Source of the DNA: a virus
Taxonomy: Duplodnaviria > Caudoviricetes
Reading direction: 5' to 3' (one strand)
DNA: 64,000 bases
Virus record (IMG/VR): IMGVR_UViG_3300021255_001723
Location: 6,576 to 70,575 of that record
The position numbers were made by a program, and so were the translations under genes. The notes beneath the pieces were generated by a model. The model searched no databases. It saw only the letters and a list, made by a program, of their open reading frames with translations, and was not told the DNA's origin. Within the stretch, counting starts at the first letter, position 1, and the number at the start of each line of letters is the position of its first letter. Below are positions 9,081 to 16,601 of the stretch, one piece after another.

Positions 9081-9853
9081 AGTACAAGCATTTTGTTCAT
9101 CCCTACATCTTAGACCCTGCGCATCCGCTGACGATAGCCTTGATAGGTGCCGGCGGTACTGGCTCGCAGGTGTTGACCTCCCTCGGTAGGATGAATTACG
9201 CATTGAGGGAGTTGGGCCACCCTGGTCTTCATGTAAAAGTGTATGATGCAGACATCGTGACACCTGCCAACTGCGGCAGGCAGTTGTTCGCTCCGCAAGA
9301 GATCGGCCGGAACAAGGCTGAGGTGCTGACGACAAAGCTGAACATGTTCTTCGGAACGTCATGGGAGAGTATTCCCGAAATGTTCAATGAGAGTTCGGAG
9401 CAAGCGAACATCGTAATTTCCTGCGTCGATACGGTGGCTTCACGGCTTGCCATCGATAAGAACCTCGAATTTCCGAATAAGAGAGGCCTGAACGGCTACG
9501 ACATACAGGTGAATTACTACTGGCTGGACTTCGGTAACACGCAATCCACAGGACAGGTAATACTCGGAACTAAGCGGGATATCAGTCAGAACAAGAAGAA
9601 GACCGATGTTGGCAAGTTGCGCTGTGTGACAGACTTCTTCGACCTTAAAAAAGTCAAGGAGAAGGATAGTGGGCCAAGTTGCTCACTTGCGGAGGCCTTG
9701 ACCAAGCAGGACTTGTTCATCAACTCGACGCTTGCTCAAATCGGCATGGCTCTCTTGTGGAAGATGTTCACGAAGGGAGTGCTCGACATACAGGGCGCAT
9801 TCTTGAATCTCGACACAATGAAGGTAAACCCGATAAAGATTGAGAAGATATGA
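9077..9853 (+). CDS. PRTRC system ThiF family protein (E1-like)
   Basis: GAGGTGS nucleotide loop, D-x-D...NCGRQ, CVD, WLDFGN, GPSCSLAEAL. Confidence 0.92.
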   Translation: MKYKHFVHPYILDPAHPLTIALIGAGGTGSQVLTSLGRMNYALRELGHPGLHVKVYDADIVTPANCGRQLFAPQEIGRNKAEVLTTKLNMFFGTSWESIPEMFNESSEQANIVISCVDTVASRLAIDKNLEFPNKRGLNGYDIQVNYYWLDFGNTQSTGQVILGTKRDISQNKKKTDVGKLRCVTDFFDLKKVKEKDSGPSCSLAEALTKQDLFINSTLAQIGMALLWKMFTKGVLDIQGAFLNLDTMKVNPIKIEKI

Positions 9854-10221
9854 GTTATAAGAGAGCAACATTGATAAGCAAGGACAATCCCAAAGTAACA
9901 CTCTGCATTGCCGTTAAGGATAATGGTGATGTGTTCTTGAAGGTGATGTCTGGAAAGGAGAGTTCACAGATAGTTCATTTAGCTAAAGGTTCTACCCATG
10001 AGGACATCTTGGATCACTTTGGAGAGGTAGTTGACACATTCAAAAGTGATGCGCCTATAGGCCATGTAGAGAAGGTGGATGGCATAGAATATGTGCTTAC
10101 TAAAGCATCTGACGGATGCAATGGTTGCGCTTTCGAGCATACTTATAGAAAATGTCCTAACGTGTTTTGTCTTGGAGAAGACAGGACAGATGGTTTCGAT
10201 GTTTTATTCAAGGAAAAGTAA
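9850..10221 (+). CDS. hypothetical protein with Cys-rich C-terminus
   Basis: ATGA overlap; CNGCAF...C...C motif. Confidence 0.65.
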   Translation: MSYKRATLISKDNPKVTLCIAVKDNGDVFLKVMSGKESSQIVHLAKGSTHEDILDHFGEVVDTFKSDAPIGHVEKVDGIEYVLTKASDGCNGCAFEHTYRKCPNVFCLGEDRTDGFDVLFKEK

Positions 10222-10222
10222 T

Positions 10223-10483
10223 ATGGGAAAGCCAGTAGGAAACGGACTGATTGAGTTAGTCGATGAAAAGTCGCATGACAGAGGTTTCTTCTGCATGCAG
10301 CTGACGGCCTTCATAATGAAGGAATCGAAGGAGTGTGGACGTTCTGTTGCAGACCTATGGGATGAGCGTTTCGGTGAAGCCAAGAACGGAGTATGCAGCT
10401 ACCGCAGCTTGTGCCACATCTACGCAAGAACCATGAGTAAGCAGGAGAACAAGGTTGTTCAGTTGCAATTCGAGTTCCTGTGA
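10223..10483 (+). CDS. hypothetical protein
   Basis: Start moved to ATG 10223, right after the upstream stop. Confidence 0.65.
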   Translation: MGKPVGNGLIELVDEKSHDRGFFCMQLTAFIMKESKECGRSVADLWDERFGEAKNGVCSYRSLCHIYARTMSKQENKVVQLQFEFL

Positions 10484-10528
10484 GAAATGTTAAATAACTC
10501 TTAAATTAAGCATTTTTCGTGCAAAAAA

Positions 10529-10561
10529 GTGCGTTTATTTCAAGCATATTTTGTACCTTTG
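10529..10561 (+). promoter_or_regulatory. Promoter with palindromic operator-like box (late class)
   Basis: GTGCGTT-N5-CAAGCA (10529-10546), then TACCTTTG (10554-10561). Confidence 0.65.
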
Positions 10562-10584
10562 CATAACATAATACAATAACAAAG

Positions 10585-10983
10585 ATGAAGATTTATACAA
10601 GTTACTTCGCCAATTCAAGGGCTTTGAACAAGGCCGGTGTCATGCAAATCAGCATTGCACGATACTCGCCAAAGTGGTTCTACGGCCCACGATATACAGA
10701 TGTTGCACCTACTGGGTACATGCTCAGCAGCGTGTGCAGCCATGAGGAATACCTCAGAAAGTACGACGAGATTTTGAAGAAGCTCAATCCTCAATCCGTG
10801 GTTGCGGCTGTTGAGAAGATAGCCCAAGGTAAAGACGTTGCTCTTTGCTGCTACGAGAAGCCTGGCGATTTCTGCCATCGTCACCTCCTATCCGAATGGC
10901 TCAGGAAGAATGGCTACGATGTCAAGGAATGGGAGCCGGAGGAGAAGAAGAAACAGACGCAGCAGCTTTCGTTGTTTGATTAG
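10585..10983 (+). CDS. DUF488 family protein
   Basis: MKIYTSYF...ISIAR...VALCCYEKPGDFCHRHLLSEWL (LxCxE...CHR signature). Confidence 0.8.
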   Translation: MKIYTSYFANSRALNKAGVMQISIARYSPKWFYGPRYTDVAPTGYMLSSVCSHEEYLRKYDEILKKLNPQSVVAAVEKIAQGKDVALCCYEKPGDFCHRHLLSEWLRKNGYDVKEWEPEEKKKQTQQLSLFD

Positions 10984-11036
10984 TAGTAAGCCATACGATA
11001 GAATTAGGTTAAACAAAAGGTTATTTATTATGTACT

Positions 11037-11066
11037 CCTGCCGTCTGTGAAGATACGCTGGTTTTT
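11037..11066 (+). terminator. Putative intrinsic terminator with GTGA tetraloop
   Basis: TCT-GTGA-AGA core, imperfect outer stem, then TTTTT. Confidence 0.45.
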
Positions 11067-11140
11067 GGATGGATAGCTCAGTTGGTCAGAGCACCTGTCT
11101 GTTAAACAGGGAGTCGGAGGTTCAAGCCCTTCTCCATCCG
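11067..11140 (+). tRNA. tRNA-Asn (GTT)
   Basis: Cloverleaf: GGATGGA/TCCATCC acceptor, CCTGT-CTGTTAA-ACAGG anticodon arm, TTCAAGC T-loop, G73. Confidence 0.85.
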
Positions 11141-11149
11141 CAGGTTGAA

Positions 11150-11241
11150 GTTCCAGTAGGGGCCTTGTGTATTCAAGGTGAGTAAAAGGAAGTTAGATGT
11201 TAATGCTAACAAGTATGCAGGTTCGAGTCCTGTCTGGAGCG
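11150..11241 (+). pseudogene. tRNA-like element with intact acceptor stem and T-arm but enlarged D region
   Basis: GTTCCAG/CTGGAGC, GCAGG-TTCGAGT-CCTGT, GTTAG/CTAAC stem with 9-nt loop. Confidence 0.5.
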
Positions 11242-11247
11242 AATACT

Positions 11248-11320
11248 TAGCAGTTAGCTCAGTTGGTAGAGCACCCGATAGATAATCGGGAGGTCATTGG
11301 TTCGAGTCCCTTACTGCGAA
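11248..11320 (+). pseudogene. Degenerate tRNA-Ile (GAT)
   Basis: Normal D-arm and CCCGA/TCGGG anticodon stem, but A33, two T-stem mismatches and one acceptor mismatch. Confidence 0.6.
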
Positions 11321-11322
11321 AC

Positions 11323-11395
11323 GCGGAAATAGCTCAGTTGGTAGAGCGTTATCTTCCCAAGATAAAGGCCGGAGGTTCGAGTCCTCCTTTCCGCT
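11323..11395 (+). tRNA. tRNA-Gly (CCC)
   Basis: GCGGAAA/TTTCCGC acceptor, U73, TTATC-TTCCCAA-GATAA, GGAGG-TTCGAGT-CCTCC. Confidence 0.88.
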
Positions 11396-11470
11396 CAGAG
11401 AGAGTATTTAGCCGTAGTGGAAACTCCCGAATAAACATGGAACGACATGAGTGTGAGAATCCCTCTTTAA

Positions 11471-11548
11471 CGCGGAGTAGAGCAGTGGTAGCTCGTCTGG
11501 CTCATAACCAGAAGGTCGTCTCAAACGGTTCGAATCCTGCCTCCGCAA
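11471..11548 (+). pseudogene. Initiator-type tRNA-Met (CAT) with disrupted, expanded T-stem
   Basis: C1:A72 mismatch, CTCATAA loop; GTCTCAAACGG replaces the 5-nt 5' T-stem strand. Confidence 0.6.
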
Positions 11549-11567
11549 CAAATCAAGATTTTTTGTA

Positions 11568-12647
11568 ATGAAAGTAGCAGTTATAGGAACGGGAAATGTA
11601 GGCATTGCCATAGCGGCAGACCTTTCCATCAGTGGTCATGAGGTGTCCTTGGTCAAAACATCCTCAGTAAAATCGAGTGCTTATGAGCGGTTGCTGGAGA
11701 ACGGCAATCGCGTTTATTTGAAAGAGGACGGTGCTTACACAGAGACCCATATCAGAGTAGTCACGAATTTGCTCAGCGAGATAGAACAGGCAGAGGTGGT
11801 GATCGTCACCATTCAGAGCATCTACCACGATGAGTTGTATAAGAACATCTGCCAGTACCTACGGGGAGAGCAGGTCGTTCTCATCATCTGCAGCTACATG
11901 TCGTCGTTCTACCTTGCCAAGTATTGCCAGGAGTTACCATCCATCGCTGAGGCCACAGGCCCATACCTTGAAGGACGTGTAGAGTTGGAGGACAAGCCGG
12001 GCCAGGTTGTGTTCCGTGTCGGTTGTAGGCTCACCAACAGCCCTCTGAGCGTGTTCCATGAGCATCGCAGGAAAGAAACCATTGAGAAGCTGAAATCCCT
12101 GTATGTGGGACTGAATGACAGCCTCTCGGTTATCGAGTCGGCTCTGCTCAACCCGAATTTGGTCATTCATACCTGCGGAGCCGTCATGAGCATCCCTCGC
12201 ATCGAATACAGCGACGGAAACTTCTGCATGTATCGTGAGGCTTATAGCCACAAGAACAAGGCCACGCTCAATGTGATGTTCAAGCTGGACGAGGAGAAGA
12301 AGAAAGTTCTGATAGCCCTCAATGCAAGAGCCATTGACATCTTGGAAGCCGGCGGTTTCCTCAAAGGTATGGAGAGCTTCTTTGAGTATTCGGAGTCGGA
12401 GGACAGGGCAATCAGTCCAACCTCCATTCATTCGAGATATATCATGGAGGACGTTTCGCAGGGATTGGTTCTGCTGGAGAGCATTGCCCATCACGTAGGT
12501 ATCGATGTGCCTGTCACCACTTCACTCATCGACCTTGCAGGAGCAGCCATAGGAGTTGATTTCAGAAAGGAGGGCAGGAGTATCTACTCGCTGGATGCCG
12601 TGAGATTTATTGACCATCTAACTGGAAGAAAGCATGGATGCCAATAG
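11568..12647 (+). CDS. NAD(P)-dependent opine (octopine/nopaline) dehydrogenase family protein
   Basis: VAVIGTGNVG Rossmann motif; LLNPNLVIH and HSRYIMEDVSQGLV motifs of the opine dehydrogenase C-domain. Confidence 0.88.
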   Translation: MKVAVIGTGNVGIAIAADLSISGHEVSLVKTSSVKSSAYERLLENGNRVYLKEDGAYTETHIRVVTNLLSEIEQAEVVIVTIQSIYHDELYKNICQYLRGEQVVLIICSYMSSFYLAKYCQELPSIAEATGPYLEGRVELEDKPGQVVFRVGCRLTNSPLSVFHEHRRKETIEKLKSLYVGLNDSLSVIESALLNPNLVIHTCGAVMSIPRIEYSDGNFCMYREAYSHKNKATLNVMFKLDEEKKKVLIALNARAIDILEAGGFLKGMESFFEYSESEDRAISPTSIHSRYIMEDVSQGLVLLESIAHHVGIDVPVTTSLIDLAGAAIGVDFRKEGRSIYSLDAVRFIDHLTGRKHGCQ

Positions 12648-14709
12648 CGACCTCAGAACAAGGACCTTCGGCATAGAGATTGAAATGTGCAATCTCGACA
12701 GACAGTTGGTGAAGCTGCCGGATGGTTACTCCTGGAGCAAGGAGGAGGAAATCGTGAATACCGACGGGTCGAGTAACAAGCGATTTGGTGGAGAGGTGAA
12801 CACCCCTCCACTCAATGTTTGTAGCCTAAAGGACTTGCATAGCCTTAAAGCCACATACGACTCGATGCGTGACGCTGGCGGTGTGATAAAATGGACCACC
12901 TATACGCACGTCCACATCTATGCAGGTGATCTGTCCGTCGAGCAGATAAAGAAAGTGTGGCTGTTCTTCTACATCTGCTATCCGTGGTGGAAGAGATACA
13001 CGAAACTCTCCGACTGGGATGAGAAAGTATTCAACTGCCAGCCTTTGCCGACGGAGAAGTACTACAATGGCCTGCTGGAGGCTCAGACATTCGAGGACAT
13101 CAATAAGCTGTTCACGAACCAGTCGAAGAAAGGCTTCATCCGACATGCCTGCAATATCTCAGCTTACTTCAAGACGAAGACGATAGAGTTTAGAACATAT
13201 CACGGAACGAGTGACTTCTATAAGGCCATGAACTGCGTCTATTCGACGTACAGAATGTTCTACTATGCCATAAATCATGAGTTGGATGATTTCTACTCCC
13301 TATCATCATACGATAAGTTCTGCAGCACCATCGGCCTCAAATGGGACACACCGCCAGAATTAGTGCCCCTCCTATACCAAGGCAACCCATACAGCGCCAT
13401 CGAGACATTTCAGACGAAATCCCTGCCGTATAACTCGAAGCAGGCATCAGCATTGTGGGAGGCCATCAAGAACCACGGCCATAAAGAACTTTGCATCGTG
13501 AATGGCTTCATGTACTACTATGAGCTGTTCTTTATGGATAAGGTGAAGGTGTCTATCTATGCGCAAGACCCGTACTGCCATCTGCTGTATATGCTTGCCA
13601 ACGGAAAGATAACCTTGAAATATAAGGAGAAGCTGTCATGGCTGGAGGATTTCAATGCTGACACCCCATCACGACAACTGGCATTGGCCCTGTATGCCGA
13701 GAAATTGCAGAAGTTCTCCATGAGTGATTCCAAGAGGAATGAAGCGGTTATTGAGTCCGTGAAGATGAGGGCCAAGGAATCAATCGAAAAGACTGAGAAG
13801 GCCTGCGAGAGGCTTCTGAAGCTACTTACCACCTGCGAATATCATATAGGCACCCTGCAGGATGCCATAGCTCAGAAGAGCGTGATATTCTTCAACTACG
13901 GCAAGGACAAGACACAGAAGCGCACGTTCAAGCTGATTGCCGAGAACTCTGATTTGGAAATGGAGTTCAATGTGAAGCGGAATGACTACTATGAGGTGAT
14001 AGAGACACTGCCGAAAGAGACATTCTTCTACTACTTCAGCAACAGCCCGTATCTGCGGAACATGCACAAGCTGGCCATGTGGAACTCGTCAAGCGGTGAG
14101 CGATGGTCAGCCGGACGTTTCCTCTACTGCAACAAGCCGAGTAGTCTGAACAAGGTAAGTACGTCGTATAAGTCGAACCATGTGGAGGTCAATGAGATCG
14201 TGCCTCCCGATGATTTGGTTATCGACAATCCCAACAGCCTAAAGATTGTTCGGGTCAGTTCCACTTGCCTGCATTGCCTGCAGAAGAAATACATCAAGAA
14301 AGTTGACCAGTGCAGCATGTGCACCTATGCCTTTGTCGTGATGTATGAGAAATATACGCTCGGTGGGTTCGGGTTCACCCTCCCACAACACAAGGGCTAC
14401 GACCTGTTCCAGCTGACGGACTTCTGTACGAACAACAATATCCCCCGTCTTGCAAAGCTGATATTGCTCTGCATTCAGACGACCGGAGTGCAGAAGGAAT
14501 TGAGCCGACGTATGCACAAGCTGTGCGAGAAGGTCATTTCCTGTGCCTACACGCACAAGCCTGTCAGTATGAAGTACAGAGGTGTCTATCAGAAGGTGAA
14601 GGAGCATTGCACCTCATCCTACCTTGCTTACGAAGGGCAGTTAGGCTTGTATGCCACCAACAAAGAAGTAATCGAGAAATATCAAAAAATGCTGAAGAAT
14701 GGTAAGTGA
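12634..14709 (+). CDS. Multidomain protein: N-terminal amidoligase (COOH-NH2 ligase), central unknown region, C-terminal probable GNAT/Mom-like domain
   Basis: RTFGIEIE, GGEVNTPP, HVHI, IEFRTYHGT for the amidoligase; C-terminal VVMYEKYTLGGFGF...CAYTHKPVSMKYRG, where the GNAT assignment is from memory and less certain. Confidence 0.7.
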   Translation: MDANSDLRTRTFGIEIEMCNLDRQLVKLPDGYSWSKEEEIVNTDGSSNKRFGGEVNTPPLNVCSLKDLHSLKATYDSMRDAGGVIKWTTYTHVHIYAGDLSVEQIKKVWLFFYICYPWWKRYTKLSDWDEKVFNCQPLPTEKYYNGLLEAQTFEDINKLFTNQSKKGFIRHACNISAYFKTKTIEFRTYHGTSDFYKAMNCVYSTYRMFYYAINHELDDFYSLSSYDKFCSTIGLKWDTPPELVPLLYQGNPYSAIETFQTKSLPYNSKQASALWEAIKNHGHKELCIVNGFMYYYELFFMDKVKVSIYAQDPYCHLLYMLANGKITLKYKEKLSWLEDFNADTPSRQLALALYAEKLQKFSMSDSKRNEAVIESVKMRAKESIEKTEKACERLLKLLTTCEYHIGTLQDAIAQKSVIFFNYGKDKTQKRTFKLIAENSDLEMEFNVKRNDYYEVIETLPKETFFYYFSNSPYLRNMHKLAMWNSSSGERWSAGRFLYCNKPSSLNKVSTSYKSNHVEVNEIVPPDDLVIDNPNSLKIVRVSSTCLHCLQKKYIKKVDQCSMCTYAFVVMYEKYTLGGFGFTLPQHKGYDLFQLTDFCTNNNIPRLAKLILLCIQTTGVQKELSRRMHKLCEKVISCAYTHKPVSMKYRGVYQKVKEHCTSSYLAYEGQLGLYATNKEVIEKYQKMLKNGK

Positions 14710-15403
14710 AGACAGATGGAAGTACGATAAGGTTGACATCAACCTCATCGACGAGGCAGAAATGAATGCCAACGAAATGACGGGTGAAGACTTCGCCACG
14801 CTGTGTGACAACATCGGCAAGTCCGGCCTAAGCAGTGTCCCATGCTGCTACAAGAAAGAGAATGGCAGGTATGTGATGATTAGCGGCCATCATCGTTTGA
14901 GGGCCTGCAAGAAGTTACACTATGCCAAGCTGGGCATCCTATGGTGTTTGGAAAGCGAACTGAGCAAGGATGAGATTATCGCCATCCAGCTCTCGCATAA
15001 CTCGCTTCACGGGCAGGATAACACGAGTATCTTGAAGAAGTTGTTTGAACAAATCCAGTCGGTTGACTTCAAGAAGTTCGCCCACATCAATATCGATGAG
15101 GTTGCTCCAGTCAGTACGGACGGCATTAGCGTGTTCGCTCTGAAGGAGAACTTCGTGTTTACGATTATCCTCTACCCAAATTCGTTCGAGAACCTGGATG
15201 AGTTGTACGGAGATATTCGTGAACAGGCTAAGAAGAGTGATACGCTCATCCTTGCGCATCAGGAGGACAATGAAATGGCTCTGCTGAAGCTGCAGCAGGA
15301 CATCGGCAACCAGTTCAATATCAAGTCGCCATCCATCACCTTTGCTAAGCTGCTGGAACTGGCTAAGGAGAGACTTGACGAAATCAAGGAGGATAAGGCA
15401 TGA
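14699..15403 (+). CDS. ParB/Srx N-terminal domain protein
   Basis: NANEM...LCDNIGKSG...YVMISGHHRLRAC. Confidence 0.85.
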   Translation: MVSEDRWKYDKVDINLIDEAEMNANEMTGEDFATLCDNIGKSGLSSVPCCYKKENGRYVMISGHHRLRACKKLHYAKLGILWCLESELSKDEIIAIQLSHNSLHGQDNTSILKKLFEQIQSVDFKKFAHINIDEVAPVSTDGISVFALKENFVFTIILYPNSFENLDELYGDIREQAKKSDTLILAHQEDNEMALLKLQQDIGNQFNIKSPSITFAKLLELAKERLDEIKEDKA

Positions 15404-16266
15404 TTTGGACGATAGTAAGTAAGGCCGAAATGGAAGGATATGCTATCCCTCCTGTCTTCCAGTACTACCGAGAGGTTGTAGGCAGGGAGAATATCAGACT
15501 GGCCGTAGTGGATGAGGACGACCCTCTCGACTTCGTTGGGGAGAAGGACATAGTTCTGCTTCGTACTGCGAGCAGGTCCCTCATTGAGACGATAGAGGCA
15601 AAGGGTGTGGCCACTACGGCAGAGCATTATTCGGTATATCAGCAGGCAAGTGATAAGGCAGAACTGGCAAGGCTCTTGTGTGAGCATGGAATCAAGGTGC
15701 CGAGGCAATATAGCATTGACCATCTTCAGCCTGGAAGCACGTATTTTGTCAAGCCACGCTTCGGCAGCGAGAGTTTTGGCATAACGGAGCACAACATCTG
15801 CCATAGCAAGGAAGATGTGAAGTTCCAGGTTATGAGATTGCAGGAGTTGGGCTACGAGAGTGTCATTGAGGACTTCATAGAAGGCAATGACGCGACTGTT
15901 GCCTGCTATTATGACCCTCAAAGCGATAGGGTATGTGCCCATGCTATTGCCGTTGACTGCGAGACGAAGGGTGCCATTCAGACGCACAAGGGCAAGTTCG
16001 ACTACAACGAATATTGCTATGCCTTGAAAGGATCGATAGGCAAGAAGGCTTGCGCCATGAGTAAGTATGTTTTCGACCTCCTTGGTATCAGACACCATGC
16101 AAGGATAGACTTCCGCTTCACGGAGAATGGTGAGGTGTATCTCATTGACGTGAACCTGCTGCCCGGCCTTGGACCATCAGCGCACTTCTCAAAGTGCCTG
16201 CTCTTGACGGAGAATATCTCCTACGTTGACACCATTATGAACATTTTGAAATCAGCAACGAAATGA
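15400..16266 (+). CDS. ATP-grasp ligase (D-Ala-D-Ala ligase-like)
   Basis: SDKAEL, FVKPRFGSESFGI, IEDFIEG, ARIDFR, LIDVNLLPG. Confidence 0.88.
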   Translation: MIWTIVSKAEMEGYAIPPVFQYYREVVGRENIRLAVVDEDDPLDFVGEKDIVLLRTASRSLIETIEAKGVATTAEHYSVYQQASDKAELARLLCEHGIKVPRQYSIDHLQPGSTYFVKPRFGSESFGITEHNICHSKEDVKFQVMRLQELGYESVIEDFIEGNDATVACYYDPQSDRVCAHAIAVDCETKGAIQTHKGKFDYNEYCYALKGSIGKKACAMSKYVFDLLGIRHHARIDFRFTENGEVYLIDVNLLPGLGPSAHFSKCLLLTENISYVDTIMNILKSATK

Positions 16267-16601
16267 AGAATATACCGATAGAGAAGATTATTCAGATTTA
16301 TGAGAAGAAGGGTTGCAATATCACGGCAACCTGTACTGCGCTCGGTATCTCCCGAAAGACCTTCTACGAATGGAAGGAGAAGAAGAAGAAACTCGCTGAA
16401 GGACTGGAGGCTGCTGAGGAGGCTATCATAGACTTCGCGGAGTCCAAGTTGGTTGAGCATATCAATAACGATGATGTGCAGGCTTTGATATTCTTCCTCC
16501 GAACCAAGGGCAAGAAGCGAGGCTATGTCGAGAAGACCGAGACCGACGTGAACATCAACCAGTTCGAGAAATTGATGCAAGATACCGAGGACGACGAGTA
16601 A
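16263..16601 (+). CDS. Terminase small subunit
   Basis: HTH NITATCTALGISRKTFYEW, then ALIFFLRTKGKKRGYVE; directly upstream of TerL. Confidence 0.8.
   Translation: MKNIPIEKIIQIYEKKGCNITATCTALGISRKTFYEWKEKKKKLAEGLEAAEEAIIDFAESKLVEHINNDDVQALIFFLRTKGKKRGYVEKTETDVNINQFEKLMQDTEDDE

Noticed and set aside
11396-11470. Additional tRNA-like element between tRNA-Gly and tRNA-Met
   Set aside because: Only weak AGAGAG/CTCTTT end pairing; I could not build D, anticodon or T arms.
11263-11568. 101-aa ORF upstream of the opine dehydrogenase
   Set aside because: It overlaps three tRNA or tRNA-like elements and is an artefact.
14699-15403. ParB gene as a plasmid-prophage partition system or the PRTRC ParB
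   Set aside because: No ParA or HTH/parS evidence; it is embedded in the terminase operon and the phage has an integrase and attP.
15400-16266. ATP-grasp as a captured ddl or vancomycin-resistance gene
   Set aside because: It lacks the Ddl N-terminal GGxSxE motif and omega-loop features, and the context does not fit.
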